This document shows positions 1-9,436 of a stretch of 64,000 nucleotides of DNA, piece by piece. The number at the start of each line of letters is the position of its first letter. Position 1 is the stretch's first letter. Source of the DNA: Candidatus Omnitrophota bacterium (GTDB lineage: Bacteria > Omnitrophota > Gorgyraeia > Zapsychrales > Zapsychraceae); NCBI GenBank assembly GCA_050250375.1, contig JBFWOS010000002.1, positions 77,547 to 141,546 of the forward strand, written 5' to 3'. The notes below the pieces were generated by a model, which was given only the letters and a program-made list of their open reading frames with translations, ran no database searches and had not been told where the DNA came from. The translations under genes were made by a program, and so were the position numbers.

Positions 1-1
1 G

Positions 2-442
2 GTGACTGCGATTACCCCCAATCTTAAAGAAACGGAGAATGCGATCCGGAATATAAAAATTAATTCTCCGGAGTTGTCCCATAAATTGGGAGTTGATTCA
101 GACCGGTTGAAGACGGATGAACAAATCGATTTGGCCGGCGCTGAACTTTTAAAATGCCTGGATCTTGAATCTTTGCTGGTTACTCTAAGCGAGCGTGGGA
201 TGAGGATGTTTACCCGGGACAAAAAACCGATTTATATCAAGACGATCGCTAAGGATGTGTTTGATGTCACCGGTGCCGGGGACACGGTCATTTCAGTATT
301 TACGCTGGCGTTGGCTGCGGGTGCGACTAAACATCAGGCCGCTGATCTGTCCAATTTTGGTGCCGGGGTTGTTGTCGGAAAACTTGGAGCTGTGGCATTG
401 ACTAAAGAAGAATTGACGGCTGCGGTCAAAGGGCGGGATTGA
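2..442 (+). CDS. PfkB-family sugar kinase, C-terminal part (D-beta-D-heptose 7-phosphate kinase, HldE domain-I-like); 5' end lies outside the window
   Basis: Carries the 'DVTGAGDTV' ribokinase/PfkB signature followed by 'GAGVVVGKLG'. The C-terminus resembles the kinase domain of HldE/RfaE and then stops, so it is monofunctional. It sits directly upstream of the kds genes. Confidence 0.6.
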   Translation: MTAITPNLKETENAIRNIKINSPELSHKLGVDSDRLKTDEQIDLAGAELLKCLDLESLLVTLSERGMRMFTRDKKPIYIKTIAKDVFDVTGAGDTVISVFTLALAAGATKHQAADLSNFGAGVVVGKLGAVALTKEELTAAVKGRD

Positions 443-1173
443 TGACTGTCATTGGCGTGATCCCGGCGAGGTTTGCATCAACTCGATTGGCGGGAAAAGT
501 CCTTGCGCCAATCGATGGAAAACCAATGATTCAGCACGTTTATGAACGAACTTGCCTGAGCCGTTTGCTGGATGAAGTGATCATTGCTTGTGACGATGTG
601 CGAGTCAAACAAGCAGCAGATGCGTTCGGGGCACGAACTGTCATGACGGATCCGCGCCACACATGTGGAACAGACAGAATTGTGGAGGTGGTGAAAGGTT
701 TGGATGTACAGGTTATCGTGAACGTCCAGGGGGATGAGCCGTTGATTGACCCGTCTGTTATAGATAGTTTGGTTGAAGCCATTACAGAAGATCCGGATGT
801 TCCCATGGCCACGGTGATCAAAAAGGTCAGCGATCCCATTGATCTGGACAATCCGAATATTGTAAAAGTAGTTATAGACCAAAAACAAATGGCGATTTAT
901 TTTTCCCGGTCGAGAATTCCGTATAACCGTGGTTCGGACGAACATCTGTATTTCAAACATTTGGGTCTTTATGCGTATACTAAAGAGTTTTTACTTAAAT
1001 TTGCTTCTTTGCCAAAAGCAAAATTAGAGATCACCGAATCCCTGGAACAGCTGCGTGCGATCGAAAACGGATTTAGAATTAAAACAGTTCTTACCGAAAT
1101 TGAGACAATTGGGGTTGACACCTCGGAAGATTTGATTAAAGTTGAGAAACTGATTAAAGAAAGAACGGCATGA
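439..1173 (+). CDS. kdsB: 3-deoxy-manno-octulosonate cytidylyltransferase (CMP-KDO synthetase)
   Basis: N-terminus 'VIGVIPARFASTRLAGKVL' and the overall family pattern. The start is an overlapping TTG. It lies inside a KDO gene cluster. Confidence 0.85.
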   Translation: MMTVIGVIPARFASTRLAGKVLAPIDGKPMIQHVYERTCLSRLLDEVIIACDDVRVKQAADAFGARTVMTDPRHTCGTDRIVEVVKGLDVQVIVNVQGDEPLIDPSVIDSLVEAITEDPDVPMATVIKKVSDPIDLDNPNIVKVVIDQKQMAIYFSRSRIPYNRGSDEHLYFKHLGLYAYTKEFLLKFASLPKAKLEITESLEQLRAIENGFRIKTVLTEIETIGVDTSEDLIKVEKLIKERTA

Positions 1174-1994
1174 TTAAATCAATCAAGATAGGAAAAATTG
1201 AATTTGGCGGCCATTCGCCGTTTGTGTTGATTGCTGGCCCGTGTGTCATCGAAAGCAAACAAACGACGATAAAGATCGCCGAAAGCATAAAGAAAATCAC
1301 GGATAAACTTAAAGTCCCGTTTATTTTTAAAGCCAGTTATGACAAAGCCAACCGGACGTCGATTGACTCATACCGGGGGCCGGGCATCAAGGAAGGGTTG
1401 GGCATTCTTCAACAGATCAAATCAAAATTTGAAGTGCCTGTCATTAGTGATGTGCACAACGTAACTGAAGTGGACGAAGCCGCAAAGGTTTTGGATATTT
1501 TGCAGATCCCGGCGTTTTTATGCCGGCAAACAGATTTATTGGTCAGTGCCGGTAAAGCAGGAAAAGTCGTAAATATTAAAAAGGGACAGTTTGTTTCGCC
1601 TGAGAACATCCAACAGGCTGTTAAGAAAGTGGAAAGCACGGGAAACAAACGGATCCTGTTGACGGAACGGGGTTCCAGTTTCGGGTATAATACATTGGTT
1701 ACGGATTTCCGGGCGTTGGCGATCATGCGTGAAAGCGGTTATCCGGTTATCCTTGATGCTTCCCATAGTGTTCAACAGCCCGGCGGTTTGGGGAACGCCT
1801 CAGGCGGACGGAGTGAGTTTATTCCGTTAATGGCTAGATGTGGTGTGGCTGCCGGTTGTGACGGCATTTTCATGGAAGTTCACACAAATCCTCAAAAAGC
1901 CTTGTCTGATGGTCCGAACATGCTTCCTTTGAACAAACTTGAACAGTTGCTCAACCAATTAATCGCGATCGATAAAATTGTTAAAAGTAAATAA
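1170..1994 (+). CDS. kdsA: 2-dehydro-3-deoxyphosphooctonate aldolase (KDO-8-phosphate synthase)
   Basis: 'FVLIAGPCVIES' and 'ILQIPAFLCRQTDLL' are DAHP/KDO8P synthase family motifs. Confidence 0.9.
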   Translation: MIKSIKIGKIEFGGHSPFVLIAGPCVIESKQTTIKIAESIKKITDKLKVPFIFKASYDKANRTSIDSYRGPGIKEGLGILQQIKSKFEVPVISDVHNVTEVDEAAKVLDILQIPAFLCRQTDLLVSAGKAGKVVNIKKGQFVSPENIQQAVKKVESTGNKRILLTERGSSFGYNTLVTDFRALAIMRESGYPVILDASHSVQQPGGLGNASGGRSEFIPLMARCGVAAGCDGIFMEVHTNPQKALSDGPNMLPLNKLEQLLNQLIAIDKIVKSK

Positions 1995-2955
1995 AATGTC
2001 TCTAAAAAAGGCCAAAGAAGTTATCCTGATTGAATCCGAAGAACTCGTTTCTTTGGCTAAACGACTCGACAAGAATTTTCTGAAAGCCGTTGATTTCATC
2101 CTCAAATGTAAGGGGCGCGTTATTATTTCAGGGATCGGAAAGGCGGGTATTGTAGGATCAAAGATTGCCGCAACATTTTCTTCAACCGGGACCCCCAGCA
2201 TATCGATGCATAGTGCGGACGCGGTCCACGGTGATTTAGGTCAGGTTACGAAACATGATATCCTGATCTTGATTTCGAACAGCGGAGAAACAGAAGAGAC
2301 TAAACGGCTTATTCCAATTATCAAAAAAATTGGAGCAAAGATTATCGGCATGACAGGAAATTTAAAATCAAATCTGGCCAAATACAGCGATGTCGTGCTT
2401 GATATTTCTGTTAAAAAAGAGGGGTGCCCTTTAGGGTTGGCCCCGATGGCCTCAACTACCGCCATGATGGCCTGCGGAGACGCTTTAGCGGCCTGCCTGA
2501 TTGAACGGCGTGGCTTTAAAAAAGAAGAATTTGCGTTATACCATCCGGCCGGTACGTTAGGAAGGAAATTGTTACTCAAAGTCGAAGATATTATGCGTAA
2601 AGGCGGCCAATTCCCTAAGGTCAAACAGAAAACTTCCGTCAAGAATGTTTTATTGACGATTACTAAAGCCCGGTGCGGTTCTGCCTGTGTCTTAAATGAA
2701 CAGGGACGGTTTATCGGCATATTTACGGATGGGGATCTCCGGCGTCATATTGAAAGTGATCCAAAATTATTAGACCGTAAGGTTTTTGATGTTATGACCA
2801 AAAACCCAACGACAATCCATAAAGATAAACTTGCGGTTGAGGCGTTACAATTATTAAAAGATAAAAAGATCGATGAAATCCCGGTGATTGATAGCAAAAA
2901 TAAGCTGGTTGGTTTGCTGGATATTCAGGATCTCTTAAAAGTGGGTTTACTATGA
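1978..2955 (+). CDS. kdsD: Arabinose-5-phosphate isomerase (SIS domain plus tandem CBS domains)
   Basis: SIS domain 'VIISGIGKAGIVGSKIAATFSSTGTPS' and C-terminal CBS pair; KpsF/GutQ family in kds context. Confidence 0.85.
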   Translation: MLKVNKMSLKKAKEVILIESEELVSLAKRLDKNFLKAVDFILKCKGRVIISGIGKAGIVGSKIAATFSSTGTPSISMHSADAVHGDLGQVTKHDILILISNSGETEETKRLIPIIKKIGAKIIGMTGNLKSNLAKYSDVVLDISVKKEGCPLGLAPMASTTAMMACGDALAACLIERRGFKKEEFALYHPAGTLGRKLLLKVEDIMRKGGQFPKVKQKTSVKNVLLTITKARCGSACVLNEQGRFIGIFTDGDLRRHIESDPKLLDRKVFDVMTKNPTTIHKDKLAVEALQLLKDKKIDEIPVIDSKNKLVGLLDIQDLLKVGLL

Positions 2956-3482
2956 AGAAATCATTGAAAGATAAGATCAAAAAGGTTAAACTGCTAGTTC
3001 TCGATGTCGATGGAATTCTGACCGATAGCCGGATTATTGTTGATGACCATGGCCGGGAATTAAAAAATTTTAATGTGCAGGATGGTTTTGGAATCGTTTT
3101 ATTTCAGCGGCTCGGATTTAAGACAGCCATTATATCGGCCAGGGGATCAGAAGCCGTTAAGGCCAGGGCTAAAGACCTAAAAATCAGTCATGTCTTCCTG
3201 AATGCCCGCAATAAACTCAAGGTATATAAACAACTGATCAAGGATTTAAATATTTCTGATCAGGAAGTATGTTTTATGGGGGATGACCTGCCTGATTTGG
3301 CCGTTGCCCAGACTGTCGGTGTGATGTTCACTGTTCCCGATGCTTGCCGGGAAATCAAAAAAGGGGCACTGGTTGTGACGGAAAAACAAGGGGGGCATGG
3401 AGCGGTCCGGGAAGCGATTGAATTGATCCTGGAATCCAAGGGGCTGTGGGCTGGTGTCGTCAAGGAGTATTCACGTGAGTAA
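2952..3482 (+). CDS. kdsC: KDO 8-phosphate phosphatase (HAD superfamily)
   Basis: HAD motif I 'LLVLDVDGILTD' and 'GDDLPD'; position after kdsD. Confidence 0.85.
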   Translation: MKKSLKDKIKKVKLLVLDVDGILTDSRIIVDDHGRELKNFNVQDGFGIVLFQRLGFKTAIISARGSEAVKARAKDLKISHVFLNARNKLKVYKQLIKDLNISDQEVCFMGDDLPDLAVAQTVGVMFTVPDACREIKKGALVVTEKQGGHGAVREAIELILESKGLWAGVVKEYSRE

Positions 3483-4305
3483 ACGGAAGGTATTTTTTAT
3501 TGTCCTCACTTTTTTGGTTTTTCGAGGTGTAGCCTACTCCCAGGAAAATTCGGATCAGAAATTCCAGGGTTTTAATTTGCAGGGGTATACCGATGAGGGA
3601 GAAAAATCCTGGGATGTGGAAGGAGATACCGCGGATATATTAGGGTCAGAAATTAAGTTGAGGAATGTCGTGGCGAACAGTTATGGTGAACGGCCGATGA
3701 ATGTGACGGCGGATATCGGGGTTGTGGATCAGATGACGGGAAAAATGACGTTAGAAGACGACGTGGTCATTACCAGTGATGACGGATCAAAATTAATGAC
3801 GGATTTTGTCGAATGGGATAAAGAAAAAGATTTGGTCAGTTCGGAAAAAGAAGTTTATATAAAGAATGAAACTTTTTCCGCGACCGGTACGGGGATGAGA
3901 GCTCAGCCAGGTCTAAAGAACGCTCAATTAAACAAGGATGTGACCGTACGGGTTGATACAGCCGAATCAGAAACGAAACCCCCGAAGCTTTTGACTGTGA
4001 CAAGCGACGGACCGATGGTTCTTGACCAACTTTTGTTAAAGGCAAGATTTGAGATCAATGTGACGGCTGAACAGGATGATCAAACATTGAAGGCAGATGT
4101 TATAGAGATTTATTTTAAAGAAGGAATGAAGGATATCAAGGAAATGATTTGTCTGGGCAATGTCGAGATCATTCAGGGTGAAAACAAAACTTATGCGGAG
4201 AAAGCGACCTATAATGCCGAAGACCAAAAGTTGACCTTATCAGGACGGCCTAAATTAATCTTGGAAACAGGAGGAGAAAATGGCATTACACCTCTTGGAA
4301 ACTAA
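3454..4305 (+). CDS. LptC/LptA-like (OstA-N family) periplasmic LPS-transport protein, possibly a fused LptC-LptA
   Basis: It has an N-terminal hydrophobic anchor or signal, 'VFFIVLTFLVFRGVAYS'. The C-terminal part, 'NVEIIQGENKTYAEKATYNAEDQKLTLSGRPKLI', is a typical OstA/LptA beta-jellyroll signature. It is the only ORF between kdsC and lptB, and at 283 aa is longer than either LptC or LptA alone. Confidence 0.6.
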   Translation: MSSRSIHVSKRKVFFIVLTFLVFRGVAYSQENSDQKFQGFNLQGYTDEGEKSWDVEGDTADILGSEIKLRNVVANSYGERPMNVTADIGVVDQMTGKMTLEDDVVITSDDGSKLMTDFVEWDKEKDLVSSEKEVYIKNETFSATGTGMRAQPGLKNAQLNKDVTVRVDTAESETKPPKLLTVTSDGPMVLDQLLLKARFEINVTAEQDDQTLKADVIEIYFKEGMKDIKEMICLGNVEIIQGENKTYAEKATYNAEDQKLTLSGRPKLILETGGENGITPLGN

Positions 4306-5008
4306 GAATTTGATCAAATCGTACGGCGGCCGCCGGGTCGTGGATGGATTGAGTATTTCAGTCGGACGTTCTGAAATTGTCGGATTGCTCGGTCCCAATG
4401 GTGCCGGCAAGACGACCACGTTCTATATGGCGGTCGGGATTATCCAGCCGAATGACGGACAGATTTTGTTTGATAATGATGATATTACAAAAAAGTCAAT
4501 CCATCAGCGCAGCCGGTTGGGTATGGGCTATTTAGCCCAGGAACCGTCCATATTCAGGAAATTGACTGTAGAGCAAAACATTATGGCGATCCTGGAAACG
4601 TTAAATATCAGCCCGCGGGAAAGACGTAAGCGGCTGGAGTCGCTCCTGGAAGAATTGAATATTGCACATTTGGCCAAGAGTAAGGCCTACACCTTGTCCG
4701 GTGGTGAACGACGTCGGCTTGAAATTACCCGGGCGCTGGTCACGAATCCGTCATTTTTGCTGCTGGATGAACCGTTTTCCGGGATTGATCCGATTGTTGT
4801 CGCCGAAGCCCAGGAAATTATCAAGGAATTAAGGAACAGGGGGCTCGGCATTTTATTAACGGACCACAATGTCCGCGAAACGCTTTCCATTACCGACCGG
4901 GCATATTTGGTTGCCGAAGGAAGGATACTGATTTCAGGAACGGCTGAAGAACTGATTAACGATCCTGACGCACGCAAGATATATTTAGGTGAAAAATTCA
5001 GAATGTAA
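4280..5008 (+). CDS. lptB: LPS export ABC transporter ATP-binding protein
   Basis: Walker A 'GPNGAGKTT', ABC signature 'LSGGERRRLEI' and Walker B 'LLLDEP'. It follows the Lpt periplasmic component. Confidence 0.9.
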   Translation: MALHLLETKNLIKSYGGRRVVDGLSISVGRSEIVGLLGPNGAGKTTTFYMAVGIIQPNDGQILFDNDDITKKSIHQRSRLGMGYLAQEPSIFRKLTVEQNIMAILETLNISPRERRKRLESLLEELNIAHLAKSKAYTLSGGERRRLEITRALVTNPSFLLLDEPFSGIDPIVVAEAQEIIKELRNRGLGILLTDHNVRETLSITDRAYLVAEGRILISGTAEELINDPDARKIYLGEKFRM

Positions 5009-5118
5009 ACCGCGGATAAAATGTATGAATGTAACGAACTAAACCTGTGTTTGAGATTCAGGATAAAATTTGAAGCATGCATAATTAGATCGCCGATTTA
5101 AGGAGGATAAAAAAAGAA

Positions 5119-6006
5119 ATGAAAGTCGATGTTAAGAAAGTCAGCAGCATATCACGAGAGTTAAAGTTTGAAGTTCCGAAGGAAATGGTTGCTCCGAAAT
5201 TTGATGAAGTCTATAAAGACCTGGCTAAGGTCGTTAAAGTAAAAGGGTTCCGTCCGGGGAAGATACCGCGCAATGTCCTTGAAACCCATCACCGCAAAGA
5301 AGCGGAGCAGGAAGTTATTCGTAAAGTCGTCACGGAAGCTTATGAAGAGGCGATTAAGAAAGAAAATTTAGCGCCGATTGATATGCCTGAAATTCATGAC
5401 GTTAGCCTCAAGGACGGTGTTGTCAAGTTTACCGCGAAACTGGAGATAAAGCCGGATATAAAAATTAAAGACTATAAGGCCTTAAAGGTTAAACGCAAGT
5501 CTTCACAGGTCACCGATGAAGAGCTTAATAAAACGATTGATGTTTTTAAACAAGGACAAGGTAAGGATAAGGATGTCAGCATTGATGACGCCTTTGCGAA
5601 AGGCTTGGGATTTCCTAGCTTGGATGAATTTAAGAAATCCTTGTCCCGTCAGTTAGAAATTGAAAAGGACCGTCAAAGCAAATTAGATGTGGAGAACCAG
5701 ATCATTGAGCAGCTTCTAAAATCAACGAAAGTCGACACACCTCAATCATTGGTCGAAAGGCAAATGCATAGACGGCTGCATGAATATGAGCATCAACTCC
5801 AGTCACAGGGGATCAAGAAGGATGATATAAAGAAGAAGATTGATGAAGCCCAAAAGGACCTGCGTGAGGCTGTTGTGAGAGATATCCAGGTCTATTTGAT
5901 TCTGGATAAAATCGCAGAATTAGAAGGTATGGAAATTAAACAGGGAGAAAATCTCCCCGGTAGAGTCATTGAATTCCTGCTCAAAGAAGCCAAGTGGGAA
6001 TCTTAA
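5119..6006 (+). CDS. tig: Trigger factor, short form (N-terminal ribosome-binding domain plus C-terminal domain; the PPIase domain appears absent)
   Basis: Carries the TF signature 'GFRPGKIP' and sits immediately upstream of clpP with an AAGGAGG RBS. At 295 aa it is far shorter than the ~430 aa typical TF. The sequence runs from the N-domain linker directly into C-domain-like helices with no FKBP-like block. Confidence 0.75.
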   Translation: MKVDVKKVSSISRELKFEVPKEMVAPKFDEVYKDLAKVVKVKGFRPGKIPRNVLETHHRKEAEQEVIRKVVTEAYEEAIKKENLAPIDMPEIHDVSLKDGVVKFTAKLEIKPDIKIKDYKALKVKRKSSQVTDEELNKTIDVFKQGQGKDKDVSIDDAFAKGLGFPSLDEFKKSLSRQLEIEKDRQSKLDVENQIIEQLLKSTKVDTPQSLVERQMHRRLHEYEHQLQSQGIKKDDIKKKIDEAQKDLREAVVRDIQVYLILDKIAELEGMEIKQGENLPGRVIEFLLKEAKWES

Positions 6007-6045
6007 TTGGCCAATCCAAACTTAAATAAAGGGAGGCGAAGTATT

Positions 6046-6660
6046 ATGGAAGTCAATAATTCTGTTCTTGTTCCGATGGTCGTTGAGAAATCTTCTCACG
6101 GCGAGCGAGCTTATGATATTTATTCCAGGCTGCTTAAAGAACGAATCATTTTTATTGGTACAGCGATTGATGATAATGTTGCCAACCTGATTATTGCCCA
6201 GCTTTTGTTTTTGCAAAGTGAAGACGCCGCAAAAGACATTCATGTGTATGTTAACTCGCCGGGCGGTTCGGTTACGGCCGGTTTGGGAATTTATGATACA
6301 ATGCAGTTTGTCAAACCGGATGTGCGGACCTATTGTATGGGGCAGGCCGCCAGCATGGGGTCTTTGCTTTTAACCGCTGGGACCAAAGGAAAAAGATTTG
6401 CCCTTCCCAATGCCAGAATAATGATCCACCAGCCTTGGGGCGGCGCACAGGGAACAGCCAGTGATATCCACATTCAGGCCAAAGAAATTCTCCGGATGAA
6501 AGAAGAGTTGACGAAGATTCTTGCGCATCATTCCGGGCAGCCCTTTGAGAAAGTGGAAAAAGATTGCGACCGGGATTATTTTATGTCGGCCCAGGAGGCC
6601 AAAGAATACGGTCTAGTCGATGAAGTTCTGGCTCCTTCTGAGAAGGGGAAGAAGAAATAA
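6046..6660 (+). CDS. clpP: ATP-dependent Clp protease proteolytic subunit
   Basis: Catalytic Ser in 'GQAASMGS', His in 'IMIHQP' and Asp in 'RDYF'. The likely start is the ATG at 6046, behind a GGGAGG RBS; the track ORF begins at 6007. Confidence 0.92.
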   Translation: MEVNNSVLVPMVVEKSSHGERAYDIYSRLLKERIIFIGTAIDDNVANLIIAQLLFLQSEDAAKDIHVYVNSPGGSVTAGLGIYDTMQFVKPDVRTYCMGQAASMGSLLLTAGTKGKRFALPNARIMIHQPWGGAQGTASDIHIQAKEILRMKEELTKILAHHSGQPFEKVEKDCDRDYFMSAQEAKEYGLVDEVLAPSEKGKKK

Positions 6661-6697
6661 TTTTAGGCATAAATATTCTTAAGAAAGGTAGTAAGCA

Positions 6698-7852
6698 ATG
6701 GACACCAATTTGTTATTAACACCCGGCCCGACCATCATCCTTGATGCAGCCCGTGAAGCGCTGGGCCGTCCGATTATTCATCATCGGACTCCCCAGTTTC
6801 AGGAAAACATAAAAGAATGTGTTGAAGGACTCAGATACGTTTTTCAAACCAAGAATGAAGTCTACATGTTGACATGTTCCGGAACGGGGGCGATGGAAGC
6901 GGCTGTTTGTAATCTCCTGTCTCCAGGGGATAAGGCCATTACGGTTGAAGGCGGTAAATTCGGTGAACGCTGGACTGAATTGTGCCATGCGTTTAAAGCC
7001 AATCCGCTGGTCATTGAAGTTGAATGGGGTCAAGCGGTTGAACCGTCCAAGATTAAGAAATTGCTCGAGGATAATCCGGATGTAAAAGCCGTCTTCGTTA
7101 CTTTGAATGAGACTTCAACGGGTGTTGTGTCAGATATTAAAGCGATCGGTGAAGTCGTAAAGAAAACAAATGCAGTTCTGGTTGTTGACGCGATCAGCGG
7201 CTTGGGCGTCGTCGATTGTCAGATGGACAACTGGAATGTTGATGTGCTGGTGTCAGCTTCACACAAAGGGTTTATGCTCCCTCCTGGACTAGCTTATGTT
7301 GCCGTCTCTAATAAAGCTTATAAGCTTGTGGAGATATCGACGAATTGCCGGTATTATTTTGATTTGCGCGAATCTAAAAAAGCCTTTGCGGGAACGGACA
7401 CACCCTATACACCGGCGATTGGTATTGTTATAGGCCTGGTAGAAAGTTTGAAATGGATACGTGCCAAAGGCATCGAAAATCTGTTTAACCATTTTGCCAA
7501 ACTGGCCGAAGGCACCCGTGCCGCGGCCAAGGCGTTAGGGTTAAAATTATTGGCAGACGATTCTTGTATCTCGAACGTGTTGACAGCGATTTATCTTCCG
7601 GACAATATCGATGCAGGAAAGCTGGTTAAGAAAATGCGGGATACTTACGGGGTTACCTGTGCTGCCGGTCAGGGGAAGCTTAATGTCAAGATTATCCGAA
7701 TTGCGCACATGGGATGTGTTGAAGAAAAGGACATCATTAAAGGTCTTGAGATCTTTGAAAAAGTCCTTGCGGAAATGGGATATCAATTTAAACCGAATGC
7801 CGGTGTCAATGCGGCCAAAGAGGTTTTTAATTATAGAGAGGTGGATGTTTAA
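6698..7852 (+). CDS. Class V aminotransferase (serine-pyruvate / phosphoserine aminotransferase-like, PLP-dependent)
   Basis: 'LLTPGPT' N-terminus and a PLP-lysine context 'SASHKG'. It is directly upstream of serA, which suggests a SerC-equivalent role. Confidence 0.7.
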   Translation: MDTNLLLTPGPTIILDAAREALGRPIIHHRTPQFQENIKECVEGLRYVFQTKNEVYMLTCSGTGAMEAAVCNLLSPGDKAITVEGGKFGERWTELCHAFKANPLVIEVEWGQAVEPSKIKKLLEDNPDVKAVFVTLNETSTGVVSDIKAIGEVVKKTNAVLVVDAISGLGVVDCQMDNWNVDVLVSASHKGFMLPPGLAYVAVSNKAYKLVEISTNCRYYFDLRESKKAFAGTDTPYTPAIGIVIGLVESLKWIRAKGIENLFNHFAKLAEGTRAAAKALGLKLLADDSCISNVLTAIYLPDNIDAGKLVKKMRDTYGVTCAAGQGKLNVKIIRIAHMGCVEEKDIIKGLEIFEKVLAEMGYQFKPNAGVNAAKEVFNYREVDV

Positions 7853-9436
7853 ATGAAGATACTGGTTAGTGACAAATTGGCCCAGGAAGGGCTGGATATC
7901 CTTAAGGCTGAAAAAGAATTTCAAGTGGATGTCAAGACAGACCTTAAACCGGAAGAATTAAAAAAGATTATAGGGGATTACGACGCGATCATTATTCGGT
8001 CAGCGACAACCTTAACGGGTGATATCATTGAGGCGGCTGAAAATCTTAAGGTCATCGGACGAGCCGGAGTAGGCCTGGACAACGTGGATCTCAAAGCGGC
8101 TACCAAAAAAGGTGTCGTGGCTATGAACACTCCGGCCGGAAATACGACGGCAACGGCGGAACATACCATGAGCATGATATTATCTTTATCCCGTAATATT
8201 CCTCAGGCTAATGCTTCGATGAAGTCCGGTAAATGGGACCGAAATAAATTTAACGGCGTAGAATTGTATGGTAAGACGATCGGAATCATCGGGCTTGGAC
8301 GAATCGGCTCGACTGTAGCCAAATTCGCCAAAGGCTTCGGAATGCACATCGTGGCATATGATCCGTATCTTTCCATGGAAGCGGTGCAGCAACGGGGTGT
8401 TGATTCTGTAACACTTGACGAATTGTATCGCAAAGCTGATTACATCACTATCCATATTCCTAAAACGTCTGAAACAAAGAATTTGATTTCAACTGCTGAA
8501 ATTGCCAAAATGAAGAAATCGGTACGCATCATCAATTGTGCCCGTGGAGGCATTGTTGATGAGAGTGCCTTGGCCAAGGCCTTGGAAGAGGGAAAAATCG
8601 CTGGATGCGCGTTGGACGTTTTCGATGAAGAACCGTTGTCACAGGAATCTCCACTTAGGAAATTCGATCAGTGCATTTTGACACCACACTTGGGGGCGTC
8701 GACATCCGAAGCCCAGATCAATGTCGCTATCGAGATTGCCGAATGTGTCCGCGATGCGCTAAAAGGCAGAGGAATCATTAATGCCGCGAATTTTCCTTCG
8801 GTTGACGGCGAGAGTTACAAAGTGCTCGAACCATATATTAATCTTGCGTCCCGGATGGGTAAATTTTCAGGCCAGTTGATTCATGGTCGGATCAATGAAG
8901 TTAAGATAACTTTCAGCGGTATTTTGACCCAATACAAAACTGCGCCTGTTACACTATCATTCGTTAATGGTCTGCTAAAACCGATCCTCGGTGAAACGGT
9001 GAATTTTATCAATGCCCTTGAAATTGCCAAAGACAGAGCGATCAATGTTCAGGAGATCATTTCGACGAAAGATGAGGAGTTTGTTAATTGCATGAAAGTG
9101 GAAATCCGAACGGATAAGTCGCCTTTTTCACTGATGGGAACGCTTTCCAGCAATCAAAAACCAAGAATCGTGAAGATTAATCAAATCTACATGGAGGCCA
9201 TACCAGAAGGCAATTTGTTATTCATCAATAACAACGATAAGCCTGGTCTTGTCGGCGCCGTCGGGACTATTTTGGCGGAAGATAAGATTAATATTGCCGG
9301 GATCACTTTGGGGCGGGAAACAGAAGGCGGGACAGCGATCAGCGTTGTTAATGTCGACAACGAAGTCCCTGAAAGTACTATTCAGAGATTAAAAAGTACA
9401 GCTGACATTATATTTGTGAAGTCATTAAAAGTATGA
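7853..9436 (+). CDS. serA: D-3-phosphoglycerate dehydrogenase (long form with ASB and ACT domains)
   Basis: NAD motif 'GIIGLGRIGSTVA', the 2-hydroxyacid dehydrogenase catalytic region and a 527-aa length with a C-terminal ACT-like domain. Confidence 0.88.
   Translation: MKILVSDKLAQEGLDILKAEKEFQVDVKTDLKPEELKKIIGDYDAIIIRSATTLTGDIIEAAENLKVIGRAGVGLDNVDLKAATKKGVVAMNTPAGNTTATAEHTMSMILSLSRNIPQANASMKSGKWDRNKFNGVELYGKTIGIIGLGRIGSTVAKFAKGFGMHIVAYDPYLSMEAVQQRGVDSVTLDELYRKADYITIHIPKTSETKNLISTAEIAKMKKSVRIINCARGGIVDESALAKALEEGKIAGCALDVFDEEPLSQESPLRKFDQCILTPHLGASTSEAQINVAIEIAECVRDALKGRGIINAANFPSVDGESYKVLEPYINLASRMGKFSGQLIHGRINEVKITFSGILTQYKTAPVTLSFVNGLLKPILGETVNFINALEIAKDRAINVQEIISTKDEEFVNCMKVEIRTDKSPFSLMGTLSSNQKPRIVKINQIYMEAIPEGNLLFINNNDKPGLVGAVGTILAEDKINIAGITLGRETEGGTAISVVNVDNEVPESTIQRLKSTADIIFVKSLKV

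Noticed and set aside
2-442. First ORF as the kinase half of a bifunctional HldE
   Set aside because: The reading frame ends at a stop (TGA 440-442) immediately after the kinase-domain C-terminus, and kdsB starts there. It is called a monofunctional kinase fragment rather than a bifunctional HldE.
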